From the NCBI RefSeq assembly GCF_009914755.1, contig NC_060931.1: a stretch of 64,000 nucleotides of DNA; one strand, written 5' to 3'. A model generated the notes under the pieces. That model was given only the letters and a program-made list of their open reading frames with translations, was not told the origin of the DNA and made no database searches. This stretch comes from the human T2T-CHM13v2.0 reference genome, Homo sapiens. The first letter of the stretch is position 1; every line of letters starts with the position of its first letter. Below are positions 1 through 20,721 of the stretch, one piece after another. The translations under genes were made by a program, and so were the position numbers.

Positions 1-1861
1 AGAGTTTCTCTTCATAAATTTTTATTTTAACTTTACATTTATTGTTCTCCCAGTTTGCAAGGGAGGGAGGGAGCGAGGGAGCGAGGGAGGGGAAAGGAAG
101 GAAAGAGAGAAAGAAACAAACTCACAATTTTTCATTATTATTATTATTGGTATATATTCTTTTCTTCACAGGGAAAAGCAAGTTTAAGAGAGCATCTCCA
201 AGGGACTAATATGCAAGAGGACTCCAGCCCAGTAATGCCCCATTCCCCACTTAGGGGTGGGCATGTGTTGACTTCACTGCAGCTCCAAGGAATCTCTGGC
301 CAATCCAATCACTGGGCACATGTCTGGACCACTTAGTCACATGGCTTCACTTCCTCCATTTATGTTTCCACCATCCACACTCCAGCCAATGGCTTCCCAC
401 CCTTCACAGTCGCTGCATATTGTTTAACTGCTTCTGACTGAAAAATATTCTTCCTCTCACCTTTTAATTCCAGCTGGCAGTGTTTTGCACAGAGTAGGAG
501 CTCAACAAATATATATGTATTGATCCATCAACAGAATTAGAAAACTGCTTAAATGCAAGCCAATTCTCCACCATCTGACTACCACAAATGGAGGGCAAAG
601 GATTCTGGTAACAACTTTGTGGGCAAGTCAGTGGATAAACAGCAAGTTAGTGCTGGCTACAGATGGCCTCAGAGTACCCTCACATAACACTCACACCACT
701 AGTGCTGCTATCCCCAGACACCCGTAGTTACAAACAAAGTGAGGGAGGAATGGACAGTGCATCACAATACGATTTCTAAGAGTCCAGGTACACTGAAAGG
801 TTAATTTCTAGTCTGGAAATAAAAGAAAAAATTCTACCATAAGAGATGATTTTTAAAGTTAAAGAGTGGGAATGTGTAAATAAATAATGAATTCGTTGCG
901 AAAGATTTTTCATAGTATTAAGTTAGGGTTTAACACTACTTTTTTAGGCCAGTGGCCTACAAGAAGCCAGTTGGAATCAACTGCAAAACTTGTAAACTAC
1001 CCAGGCTCACTTCCCAAGATTCCTTAGCCCTCCACTCTTACCCTCTCTAGGAATTACTGCTGTGATTAGTCACTATTATGACTGAGAGTATGTCTTATTC
1101 CTCATGTACACTGGGGACAGAAGAATGTTAAGTCCCAAATTTTAAGCTGAGTTCCAGCAGCATACAATAGCACACACACTAGTTTCAAGGAAACATGTTT
1201 TTATAGATTAGGAGAGAAAAAGAAGTGAAATATAAAACTGATTTCTTTTTGAAAAGATATTATATGTAGCATGATTACAACCCAGTCCTAAAAAAATAGC
1301 TTATAAAAAAATTTCATTCCTCTGCCAGGGTTGGAGGAAAATAAGATTTAAAATTTCAAACTTACAGAGAAATAAAATAAACACCTAATACCCACAATCC
1401 ATGTTTAACATTGTCAACATTCTGCCATACTTGCTTTTTCTATTTTAAAGTATATAAATTAAGACATCATGACATTTCATCCCCCAAATCTCATAACATC
1501 CATCTCTTAAAAAATGAGTACCTTTTCTTTGCAACCACAATTCCATTATCCTGCCTTAGACACTTAATAGTAATTGCTTAATATCATTGTACCCATGCCA
1601 TAGCCAACTCTCTGGAATTGGCCTCCAAATGTCTTACACGGTTTGTTCAAACTAGAATCCAGACAAGGACCATATATTTGCATTGCAAACTCAGTTGATG
1701 CGAGGATTTCAATAGCTACAGAAAAAAAGTTTTAGTTTTTCCTTCTCCTTTTCTATATTTTCAACATTTAATGAGTATGAGGTGTGGAGGTGGGATAACA
1801 TTGGCCTAAATCTAATGGATTCTGTTACCTGGGCCTGTCTAATATTACATTCTAAAAGTCA

Positions 1862-2133
1862 GCCAGGCATGGTGGCTCACACTTGCAATCCCAAAACGTT
1901 GGATGGCTGAGGTGGGAGGATCCCTCGAGCTCACGACTTAAAGAGTAGCCTCGGCAACATAGTGAGACCTTGTCTCTGCTAAAAATAAAAAATTAGCGGG
2001 GTGTGGTGGCATGCACCCATAGTACCAGCAACTTGGGAGGTTGAGGTGGGAGAATCACTGGAGCTCAGATAGAGGCTGCAGTGAGCAAGCTATGATTGTG
2101 CCACTGCACTCCAGCCTGGGCAACAGAGTGAGA
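1862..2133 (+). mobile_element. Alu (AluJ-like)
   Basis: Dimeric Alu consensus; tail replaced by microsatellite. Confidence 0.85.
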
Positions 2134-2211
2134 CTCTCTCTCTCTGTCTGTCTGTCTCTGTCTCTCTCTCTCCATCCCCCCATACACACACACATACACA
2201 CTCACACACAC
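2134..2211. repeat. Compound (CT)n/(CTGT)n/(CA)n microsatellite
   Basis: Directly visible. Confidence 0.9.
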
Positions 2212-2489
2212 AGAGTTCTAAAAGTCAATTTAAATATTTTTGACAGACAAGAGACTAAGAAAGGTTTTTTTGTTTGTTTTTTGTTTTTGTTTTTCTTTTT
2301 TTTCTTTTCCTATGCTCTGAAAGAAAGACAAGAATGGGGATGGGGTGGGGAGCCACATGTCATCTGTCTCTGCCACCTGAATCAGGGGTCTGAGTCTTAG
2401 GGAAGAACAAACTGCAGGCAGAATCCAAAAGAACTGCTCCTATGAGGCACACAGCACTATTTGTGCAATACAAAGTGAAGGAAAGGCAT

Positions 2490-3879
2490 TGTGTCCAGAA
2501 TTGGTGGGTTCTTGGTCTCACTGACTTCAAGAATGAAGCCGCGGACCCTCGCGGTGAGTGTTACAGTTCTTAAAGGCGGCGTGTCTGGAGTTTGTTCCTT
2601 CTGATGTTCGGATGTGTTCGGAGTTTCTTCCTTCTGGTGGATTCGTGGTCTTGCTGGCTCAAGAATGAAGCTGCAGACCTTCCCGATGAGTGTTATAGCT
2701 CTTAAGGCAGCGCGTCTGGAGTTGTTCGTTCCTCCTGGTGGGTTTGTGGTCTTGTTGGCTTCAGGAGTGAAGCTGCAGACCTTCACGGTGAGTGTTACAG
2801 CTCATAAAGGCAATGTGGACCCAAAGAGTGAGCAGCAGCAAGATTTATTGCAAAGAATGAAAGAACAAAGCTTCCACAGTGTGGAAGGGGACCCCAGCGG
2901 GTTCCCAATGCTGGCTCGGGCAGCCTGCTTTTATTCTCTTATCTGGCCCCACCCACATCCTGCTGATCGGTAGAGCCAAGTGGTCTGTTTTGACAGGGCG
3001 CTGATTGGTGTGTTTACAATCCCTGAGCTAGACACAAAGGTTCTCCACATCCCCACCAGATTAGCTAGATACAGAGTGTCGACACAAAGGTTCTCCAAGT
3101 CCCCACCAGAGTAGCTAGATACAGAGTGTCGATTGGTGCATTCACAAACCCTGAGCTAGACACAGGGTGCTGATTGGTGTGTTTACAAACCTTGAGCTAG
3201 AGACAGAGTGCTGATTGGTGTATTTACAATCCCTTAGCTAGACATAAAGGTTCTCCAAGTTCCCACTAGACTCAGGAGACCAGCTGGCTTCACCCAGTGG
3301 ATCTCGCACTGGGGCTGCAGGTGGAGCTGCCTGCCAGTCCTGTGCCGTGTGCCCACACTCCTCAGCCATTGGGTGGTCGATGGGACTGCGCACCGTGGAG
3401 CGGGGGGCGGCGCTTGTAGGGGAGGCTAGGGCGGCACAGGAGCCCATGGACGGTGTGGGGGAGGCTCAGGCATGGCGGACTGCAGGTCCTGAGCCCTGCC
3501 CCACGGGAAGGCAGCTAAAGCCCAGCGAGAAATTGAGCACAGCAGCTGCTGGCCCAGGTGCTAAGCCCCTCACTGCCCGGGGCCAGTGGGGCCGGCTGGC
3601 CGCTCTGAGTGCGGGGTCCGCTGAGCCCACGCCCACCCGGAACTCCCGCTGGCCCGCAAGCACAGTGGGCAGCCCCAGTTCCCACCCACGCCTTTCCCTC
3701 CACACCTCCTCGCAAGCTGAGGGAGCCGGTTCCGGCCTTGGCCAGCCCAGAAAGGGGCTCCCACAGTGCAGTGGCAGGCTGAAAGGCTCCTAAAGTGCCG
3801 CCAAAGTGGGAGCCCAGGCAGAGGAGGCGCCGAGAGCGAACGAGGGCTGCGAGGGCTGCCAGCACACTGTCACTTCTCA
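2490..3879 (-). mobile_element. Solo LTR12C-type (HERV9) LTR, 1390 bp
   Basis: Minus-strand ends TGAGAAGTGACAG...CCAATTCTGGACACA; 4-bp TSD GCAT (2486-2489 / 3880-3883); tandem CCAAT (gattgg) modules at 2990-3270. Confidence 0.92.
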
Positions 3880-5031
3880 GCATGTCCCCCACTACTGTAC
3901 AGCACACAGAGTACAAGGCCATCAAATTTAATGTGACTTTAAATTTTGCAAACTTAAACTAATGTGATACAAAATATATTACAAAAGTCTTACATTATGC
4001 CAGTTTTTGAAAAAACACAATCTTTCAAATTAAAATTTTACTGAGAGGTATTTCCTTTCAAAGCTGGTGGGAAAACGAATTAAAAGTTTAAGTATTGCCA
4101 CAAAGTGGTACTATTTTGGCAGGTAAACAAATGCGGCTTTAGTCTTGAAGTATGAGTTTGAGTTATTAGCAGTCTTCAGAAAAATACGGCATCTTGTGAA
4201 AAGTGTGACCAACCAGTGTGGTCTGAGTAAAGTTGGCAGGCAAGGGAAAGGAAGAGTATTTGGCACTTAAGGATTCCAGGTGTACAGCCTGGAACACCAG
4301 CTCAGGCAGACATTGGGGCTCTTAGGAAGACCAGGTTGGCAGTTCTAGGGTCCCCTTCAGATGGCCTCACAGGTTCCAGACAGACACTAGGAGGAATTCT
4401 TGAATTTACATGGGATAGCTTTGGGATTCCCAGACACAAATGGGTAGAACTTGAAGAGGAAACTGACCTCTTGTGTTATGAAGACAGGAGCTAGAGGCAG
4501 TGAAATCTGGGATATTCCTATTAACACTGCTCTACTAATATCCCAGGTTGGTGAGACCTGGGGAAGTGTTGTAGTAAATGAAAAAATAATGAAATACTAT
4601 TACAAATTACTGTTGACTTAACAGATACCAAATTTATGGCTCTTTAATATAAGTAGTAATTGATCCCATTAATTTTTAATTTTGTAAGATATCCATTTAC
4701 TATATGTAAAAAAATGCATTTAAACAACAGCTATAGAAAAAAAGTTTCAGTTCTATAAAATACTTAAAGTATCTAGTAAAGTATTAAGAATCTGGTAAGA
4801 ACCAAATGTAAAATAAATGTAAATCATTAACTTTATATTATAATTTTTAGCTTCCAGCATATTGTAATATTATTTTTCTTCTGGCAGGCAATTCCCTTTT
4901 TTGCTCAGTTAACCTGTGAATCAAAAGATTATATATGAAATTGTCTTAACATAATTCACCATATTATAAAGTACCATGCCTTTACTTCATTAATGAGCTT
5001 CATTTATATCCCACATAGTATCATTCTAGAA

Positions 5032-5371
5032 TAGGGGTCTCCAACCCCCAGGCCACAGACTGGTACAGGTCCATGGCCTGTTAGGAACTAGGCCACACAG
5101 CAGGAGGTGAGCAGTGGGCAAGCGAGCATTACCTCCTGAGCTCCACCTCATCAGCCGCAGCATTAGATTCTCATGGGAGCACGAACCCCACTGTGAACTG
5201 TGCATGCAAAGGATCTAGGTTGTGCATTCCTTATGAGAATCTAACTAATGCCTGATGATCTGAGGTACAACAGTTTCATCCTTAAATCACCCCCACCACC
5301 CCACCACAGTCCATGGAAAAAATTTCTTCCACAAAACCGGTCTCTGGTACCAAAAAGGTTGGTGACCACTG
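5032..5371 (+). mobile_element. MER1B-type hAT-Charlie non-autonomous DNA transposon
   Basis: Terminal inverted repeats (taggggtctccaacc ... ggttggtgaccactg), 340 bp, perfect 8-bp TSD TTCTAGAA (5024-5031 / 5372-5379). Confidence 0.85.
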
Positions 5372-5629
5372 TTCTAGAATAATAATAGCAAAACAGAATG
5401 GGGATTATAAATATGTGTTGAATGGATATGCCTAATTTAAATCCCTCCCAACTCAGATTTTTTTTTTATTTTTCAAAAGCCCTACAAGTTAATAACAATG
5501 GCAAAAAGAAGCCATGTCTTTAATACAGAGAGAACATATCTTTATATATAGCAGCACGGCATGGTATGAAGTGTTGAATTTTTCATGATGAGTCATTTTT
5601 CTTATTTCTTGATCTTCTGCAAATTACTG

Positions 5630-5925
5630 ATTTATTTATTTATTTATTTTTGAGACAGAGTCTCAATCTGTCACCCAGACTGGAGCACGATCTTGGCTCA
5701 CTGCAATCTCCACTCCCCGGTTCAAGTGATTCTTGTGCCTTAGTCTCCTCAGTAACTGGGATTACAGGTGTGCACCACCACACGTAGCTAATTTTTGTAT
5801 TTTTAGTAGAAATGGGGTTTCACCATGTTGCCCAGGCTGCTCTTGAACTCCTGGCCTCAAGTGATCTGCCCACTTCGGCCTCCCAAAGTGTTGGGGTTAC
5901 AGGCACAAGCCACAGTGCCTGGCCC
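5630..5925 (-). mobile_element. Alu
   Basis: (TTTA)n tail + reverse Alu consensus. Confidence 0.88.
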
Positions 5926-6637
5926 AAAAGAGTCTTTAATACCTAAAGGGCTTTTGTGCCTGGACAGAAACGCTCACTAACATTTGTACTTTAATGCTTT
6001 TTACCAATAAACACATATTTAAATAAATACAATTTTGGAAACTCAATGTTTCTTAAACATGTTCATGTTTGTTACCAACTTCATTAAGTAAAGTCCCTGA
6101 AATAATTTAAACTACAATTACAATTTACAAAGCCATTCCTTAGAACACCTAAAATGCCATAAATAGCAGACAGAATATACATAAATATCATATCATTATT
6201 ATATGTTACACTTAAACTTATCCTAAACAACATGAATCTAGTTCATATCTTCATTACTTCCACACTTTACTTAATGTTTTACTCCTTCCTGATTACAGTA
6301 ATGTTTATTTTGATGCCTTATCAGATAACAGTAATGTACTCAGTTTCAAAAGAAATGAAATACCTTTGCAGAGCCAACAAGGATACAGGATCAACCAACT
6401 GATTATCAACCAACTGATTCTTGTTTGGGGCACAGGCATTGTCTGCCTCTCCCAAATGATTAAAACTCCAGCCCCTAAGGGTCTTAAGATTAAGTTTCCT
6501 TTCCACAGTTAAACTTTGTTCATCAGTAAGACTTTTCAAATCCATATCTTTCATTTACATTTTAGGGTTTTTTTTACACGATGCTCCTCTGTGATAGCAT
6601 TATTTTAAAATATTTTGTATTTTATTTTATTATTTTA

Positions 6638-6925
<288 letters not shown>

Positions 6926-6934
6926 AATATTTTT

Positions 6935-12984
<6,050 letters not shown>

Positions 12985-13089
12985 TAGTCTTTTTGTTAGT
13001 GGTTCTATGGTAATGTTATTCGGAAATCATTATATGCACATTGTAGGATACAATTAATACAGAATGATATTAAGATCTCTAGGAGTCAA

Positions 13090-13806
13090 GATGCATTAAA
13101 AGTGGGTCAACCAGATCATGTGTGCCTCCAGATGTGATGCACTAGGAAAAACACAACACCTCTATGCAATATTATTGTCCACACAAAATGTTGGTAGGGG
13201 GGAACCTGAATGAAATCAAGCATCTAGATTTAACTACCAGCTTGCATGAAATACGGGAAACAGAGTAAGTAAAATGACACTAGAGGAAGCATTGAGAACC
13301 TGGGACATTTTACAAGACAAATTACCCGTTTCCTTCAATAAATAAGTCGCATGCAGAAAAAATAAGACAAGGAGAATTCTTGTCCATTACAAGAGATGTT
13401 AGATAAATAACAACCAAGTGCAATATGTAGACTCTGTATGAATTCTGATTTGAACACAGCCACATGTAAAAAGACATTTTTGAGACAATCTGGGAAACTA
13501 AAATATAGAATATGAATCTGAATATAATCACGACTAGATGACATTCAGGAATTATTGTTATTTATTCATAAGACAGTGGCACTGTGTTTCTATTCTCTAA
13601 AAATATAATCTCCTATTAGAGATGCACACTACAGTATAATATAATTTCTGGGATTTGCTTTCTAATACTCCAGCAAAAATGGAGGAAGAGAGAATAAATT
13701 AACAAGATTGGCAAAATGCTGATTATTGTTCAAGTTAGATGATGAGTGATCATTATGGTATTCCTTCTACTTCTGTGTTATATTAAAATGTTTCCATAAT
13801 AAAAAG
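13090..13806 (+). mobile_element. Old L1M (L1MC/L1ME-like) 3'-end fragment
   Basis: Diverged L1M 3'UTR-like sequence ending tttccataataaaaag; family assigned by pattern recognition only. Confidence 0.45.
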
Positions 13807-14078
13807 ATTTTTTAAATTTTATATATGCTTTCTCTTGTAGTTAGAAGGCCCATCTGGAGATTTCATTTCCTAAGAAATGAGAACCAAGTCTGTGAAGTTC
13901 ATTTCCTCCTTACAATGGTTGATTCTTTCATCTTGGAATGCTTGAAACAATGAAATTGTCTTTCCTTCTACTATTATGAGAGCAGTTCCTACTTTTTCTT
14001 TACTATTTGGCTTACTCACAGTTTCCTGTATTCACTCGTCTTTAAGTAGAGACATATTTATCCTTTATAAATAGGCAA

Positions 14079-14508
14079 TGATAAAAGAAAAACTTCAGCC
14101 GAATTAAATGTAAAGGAATTTAATTGAGCAATGAATAATTTGTGAATTGGGCAGCCCCCAGAATCACAGCAGATTCAGAGAGACTCCAGTGCAGCCACAT
14201 GGTGGAAGAAGATTAATAGACACAAAAAGGGAAATGATGTGCAGAAATTGGAAGTGAGGTACACAACAGCTGGACTGGTTACAGATTGGTGTTTGCCTTA
14301 TTTGAACACAGTTTGAACACTCAGCAGTGTATGAATGGTTGAAGTATGGCTGCTGGGATTGGCCAAGACTCAGCTATTGATACACGTGCATACTCCTAGT
14401 TAGGTTTTCAATCTTGTCTATCTATTAAGCTAGGTTGCAGTTCGTCCACAAAGACTCAAATATAGAAACAGGGAATCCTTCTCAGGCCACATTTAGTTCA
14501 CTTTAACA
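14079..14508 (-). repeat. 3' LTR (MER57-type)
   Basis: 430 bp; aligns by eye with 20722-21147. Confidence 0.88.
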
Positions 14509-16796
14509 ACTTCCCCCTTTTGGTCATTTTCTCAATTTTGAGAGATTGACCAAAACTTTAATTATCAATGTCACTATCACCATTGTAAAAGTACTTATTT
14601 GGTCTTGAAACATACTGGGAAACAGTAGAACATTGAGTTTTGCAAAGGTAAAAACAAGTATGAGTAGAGGGACCCTTTATGGGTACCTCTTTATGCTGGA
14701 ATGTCCTATTTACAGGAGAAAAACAAAACCTGGTCTGTTCTAGGATCTATGTGTTTCCGTAAAGTCTTAGTTTGATTATGTCACATTTAGCATAAGTGAC
14801 CCCATTTTAGTTTGGTTTGGCCTGTTGGGGCCTAGTGAATGAGCTTAGTCCAAAACAGTGGCCTCCCACAACTTTGTTTAAAAAAGATTCCCCCCTTTTT
14901 GGTCAGGTTCTCACTTAGGTGAAAGTGTGACCAAAACTTAGGGCCTTAGTGCCACTCTCAGTTACCATCATTTTGGGTTTCCAGTCTCACCACGTCATTC
15001 ATAGGTTATAGTAATCTCATGGTCGCACATTTCTTTCAGCTCGTCTTTCCATTTGAAGAGAGACCATTTGACATTCTAGAGGTGGCTGCATGCAAGATTT
15101 AAAACCTTCGAGAGAATACAGTGCACCAGGGAGACTATTATTATGACTCTCAGGAGGATAATACCAAGAGTTTAGAGTATGCTCCTTACCCAGGGTACCC
15201 ATAAACCGAACCACCTAAAATTAAATAGATTAAAGAATGAGCTGGATAAAGAGTCTACTTGCTTTAAGTGGTCTTTTCATTAATCATCTACAACTGAATT
15301 TTTATAATCTACGTTTGATGTATTTCTCCATAGGCCACAAGTGTCAGAAGCTGCACAGGTACTTTTCTGTTTAGCCAATTATATTATTTAGCATAACTTT
15401 CACAAGAGAATTTAAAGTCTGTTGTGTAACAATAGGCTTTACATTAGAATCTGCTATACAGCCTATCATGAGGGATACATTTCTAATTATTGCCTCTTTT
15501 ATTCTAAACCATGGAAAAAGGACCTAACAAATGATGTCCTTCTAGAAGAGTGAAGGCCTCCTGGCAATGTTCTATTTAACCCATGATGTGGGCTAAGAGG
15601 AGTTTTGACTGATTATGAGGCGACATATATACCATTAAAGTTTCTCACCTATGTTGGGCCTTCATCTTTTATCCATCAAAGTATAAAGTTATTCATGTAT
15701 AAGGCTGGTGCAAAATCCTTCACGAATAAAAGTATACCCTATAAGTGCACATAATAGACCCCCTCATCATTTCTATTGGCTACAGAGGCATAAATAAGGA
15801 AAAAATATTCAAAGATAAGAGTCTCACAATAGTAGATGTCTTGATCTGTGATCTCGGGAAAAGCTGTTTACATCAAGGATGCCATCTTATTCTGGGGAGA
15901 AACTTTCCTGGTTAGTTTTACCTTAAGGGTTCCAATGGGTGTACAGTTCCAATAGTGTGGAGGGACCCTTCTCAGTTGTGAGATTATGAACTTAAAGTTC
16001 AAGGTTCCAAAGTTTTGTTGCAGTGTGGATGGCAAGCACAGTCTTTCTCTGATGTTCTCAAAAGATCCAGTCTTTAGGTTCTAGACTGTGAAGCAGTTGA
16101 TTATCCTCGGTGAACCATAAAAACTTTCTTTACCTGGTGAAAATATACTGTGGCGTAATAATTACTGTAGCATAAAACATGCATTAAAAATGACAGTTGA
16201 ATGAACTCCCTTTATAAATGTTTAAATGACCCATCGGATAGCCAAACGTACCTGATAGCCAAGCGTACATGAAGGTTTGATTGTCTTCCCAGGAATATGG
16301 AACCAAACATTGGTTTTAAACTATTTTTGAAATGTATAAGTCATTATATCAATATATTCAATTTGGATGATTTTATCTTTTCCATGATGAGTCATGGAAT
16401 GCAGAGCCTTTAATAACAAAAGCTTTAAGGGCTCAGGAAGGACAAGATAGCCTTCCTGGTCTTCCATGAGTCTATGCTTAATATTGGACTTATGTCCTGT
16501 TGAATACCAGTTGTTTCTCCAATTTAAATTCATAGCACTGATAACTAATGGTTATCACAGGTAATGAGACTTAGACTATGGAATTCAAATTGTATATCTA
16601 ATCAATTTCACTATCGGCTGGTTTAACATGAAAATCTTGGCAAAGTATTTTCTTGGTATTTAATTAATTTTTTGTTTTACTTGGGTTAGCAGTTCTATAC
16701 AAGGAAGTTTGGTTATTTCTGTGATATACAATAACTTAACATAATAACTATAATTATGGTTGACAGTATATACTCAGACATATTAGAATTTTATAA

Positions 16797-17108
<312 letters not shown>

Positions 17109-20100
17109 CCATACAATTTTAGAACATACATTAATATCATTCACTAAAATATAACCTGAAGATTAAACATTATTTTTATTTTGACAATGCTTCCCATGTA
17201 ACTTAACATGTTAAATAATTCTGTTTACCTCTCTTTTGGATGCTTCAGGGGCCCTCTGTAGCGTTCCAAAGTTAGAGGTCAGAAAAGACCATTTTAAAGC
17301 TGAAATTTAATTTTGGGAAGCCTATTAAATATAAAGATATATATATAAAGTTTTAAAACACTTGATATTATGAACTAGAATTCCAGGTCACTGTAAGTCA
17401 CTCACTTAGCCAAAATGATGACTCAAAAAATTTTTTAAAGGCAAAAACCTTTACTCATTGATAGAGGGAAGACTCAGCTTTCCAAACAATCTGTCTTTTG
17501 TCTTTCCTTTCTTTTTTTTTTTTTTGATAGTGTATTTAAAAGGCAAACAAAACAAAAATCTTTCATTACCTTTTAATATTACATGAAAATCTTGTTCAAG
17601 AGAGAAAGCCAAATTTCACCCTTGCATTAGTGGACTATTAATGTCAACCCCAATTTTTAATAAAACCTCACAGACAAATCTATCTAATCTTAATCAGTTT
17701 GACCATAAGGTGAGATTTTCATAAACCTTTTATAACCCTTTACCAATTTTTATTAAAGAGCAGATTAGTGCTTTAAGAAAACCCTATTATGCTTTTATTT
17801 CAATGTTCAATTTACAGAAAAACTGAACAATACACTTTTAAATTTAGTCAATATTTTCACACACAGAATTTCTTTTACAAATTTTTACAAACCTTCCACA
17901 ACTTGTTCAAACCTTTAGCTTTATTCTATTTAATTTAAAACAATCCTTTAACCCATTAAACTAGGTAAAAATTTACATTCCCATGCATTCTTATAATCTC
18001 TTACCAAAAACATGTTTCATTCTCCTCACACACCTTGCGTGTAAACCTAGTTTTTCAGTAGTCTCAATCACATGTTATAATGGTAATTCTTAGCAACTTT
18101 CACTTTTGGTGCATAAATTTTCTTTTATGAATCCTTTCACGACTTACACAGACCATCTACAACATGCTTGGTCTTTCTGACTTGTCCTAAACATCCCTCT
18201 TTTTAAACAACCAGTCATTTTACTTTAGGACAAGAATTTACTCTACAAGATCCTTTCTTATATAAAATCTCTTTTCTTTATAACCTTCTTTTCATAGCTA
18301 GGTGGCATGGCTAATTCCACATATCCCCAGGACTTATTTAGAATGTAATGTCTCCAAAATAAATTCAACAATTTTCAAAGGTCAAAGCAGTTTATGGCCT
18401 TAAACATATTAAGCAAACCTAATATCTGACCTGCATAATTTAGACTAAATGTCTTTATTTTATCAATAATCTTTAAAGCTGTTTATATTTCCCAAAGATG
18501 ACTTAAGTTACATGAACTAAAAAGCATTACAGTTTTTCTTTCAAAATATTTAAGCACTTATTTTTGTTTAAACCAATGAATTAGAGTTCTTTTATACAAA
18601 CATTACACACACAACACATATATAACTACACAGACAAACCAAAGAAGATTACTACAGTAGTTGTAAGATTTTCCATTCACCAGTTTTTAAGTTTCTTAAT
18701 TAGATTACTGGCTTTGGGGTGGAGTCCTCGCAAGAACAGGGCCAAGAAAGGATCTCTGGTGCCTCCTGTTTTTCCCAAGGAGTCCCAGGCTGTGAGAGCT
18801 TGAATACCCACTTTTAATTAAGCTGACTTTTAACCATAGCACTCTTTAATAAAATCCTTTTAAAATTTCTTATTACCCGACTTTAGCCAGGCCAAAGAGC
18901 TGATATTTCTGGCTTTTAAACTTTACCCAAGGTAACCTCACAGGTGCTCTGAGAAAGGAAAATTCAAGACAGTTGGTGGAGGGGAAGAGAATCAAAAAAT
19001 GGCAAAGGTCACCCAAATATCAATCAGAAAGGCTCATCCCCTAAGCTAGGGATTGAACTCTGAACCCAGGCCACCATTGTGAAAAGAGAAAGCATAGCCA
19101 CGTGGCTACAAGGTCAAGCGCCTAAGCACATAACTGACCAGTTTGCTGGGTCGTCTTGAACAACAGGCTTATGAGGTTTTGGGCACACATTTTATCCTAA
19201 GGTACCCCTCTTTATGACAGAACAATACAGAAAGACACACAAAGCACATCAGATTCACTACAGCTTAAGAGAAGCCTCAGAATTTTTTTTGTATCAATCA
19301 AAACTTTACACGGGAGATAAGAGTAATTTTTGCCATTCATTTAACCATTTTGCACAAAGAAAAAGAGGAAAAAAGCCAGAAATATGACTGGTAAGAAATT
19401 CTTACCCTTTTACTAGCATGCCAGGCTTCTGGGCTTTCTTTCCCTTTCCCTGAGCAGCCCTAGCGTCCCAGCTTGCCACACCATCGCCCTGGGGGCCAAG
19501 CTGCATCATAAAGGAAAATTAACTTTTTTCGTTTTGGCCAGAACAAAACACATATGATAAAACATAGACATTAGCCACTCTGCTTAGCACCCAATATCAA
19601 ACTGGTAAGGCTTAAATTTGCCTTCAGATGGCCCCTGTCATCTTTAATCCAACCTCCAACTAGGAGTTTCAACACATGGTCTCTGGGCAAGATGGTTGCC
19701 CTGAGTAACAGAAAAGATAGGAAAGGAAAGGTAGAGAAAGAAAAGTATTGCCTGTGGCAAGGTGGGGAAGGTGAAGAGCTCAGGGAGGCCAGAGCAAGAC
19801 CCACTCATTGCAATGACACTGAAAAATTCAGGCGGCCACTTGTCAGTAGTGAAGGCATCTTTTCCAGCAATCCCATCAGCTCTCAAGTTTCCCCTTTTGG
19901 GGAGGAAAAAGCTTCCCATGTCCCATGGTCCTGTACATGCCTAATACTGTCACCTATAGCCGTCAGCAAAAAGTACAAGACAGATTAATCAAAAGAGAAT
20001 AGCAGTTAACATCCCATAGCGCCAAACCTGTTCTTAACTGAAAGAGACTTTACTGAGAACCCTCATTTTTAAACACACTTCATTGCTTTGTTGCTCATTT

Positions 20101-20721
20101 GGAACATTCCACTGTAAGTTACCTTTAGTAAGATTTTGTCATTTCTCTAAGACTATGCTGCCTCCCAGGCCTAATGTATAAGCTGGAAGGAACTTAGTTT
20201 TCCAGAAATTAAGGATCTCATTTTTACCTAAAATATTGGCTTGATTCTCAGGGTCTCTTGATTAACTGAGCCAATGATTTTTCCTACCTAAGCATGCAAG
20301 AAAAATGAAACAAAGGGGTAGAACATAAAAATTCCTGTGAATTTTCAAAAGCCAACTTTTATAACCCCTGCAATATTACTGCTTACTATCAGTTCCTTTC
20401 TGAACCAGTCAGGTGTAAGAGACCTCTAACTGGATCCAAGCCAATTAATTCCCAGATCAAATCCATTCCTGGACCCAGCTGAGTTTCTGTCGTGACTTCC
20501 AAACCCTGTTTGGATCAGAAATTTGCTCAAAGAAACTCGGAGAGCTCAAAACACAAATCCATGGAGCTCTGAAATCCGAGAGAGAGCTTACCCACGATCC
20601 CCAGCTGCTCTGAGAGATCAGTGAACACAAGTGGGTCCTGCAGGTACCTTGTTTGTTCAGTTCACTCAACGCTCCTGGGGTCGCTAGAAGCTCTACCTCA
20701 GATCCCATTTCTGACACCATC

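Noticed and set aside
1-2400. Next FBXL13 coding exon (MTPELM...) or other genes at the window start
   Set aside because: No matching sequence found; the ORFs at 55-336 and 2041-2400 derive from simple repeats and Alu
2457-3925. ORFs inside LTR12C
   Set aside because: Typical spurious LTR12-derived translations
20701-20720. tRNA gene
   Set aside because: Only an ~18-nt match to a tRNA-Leu 3' end, i.e. the proviral primer-binding site
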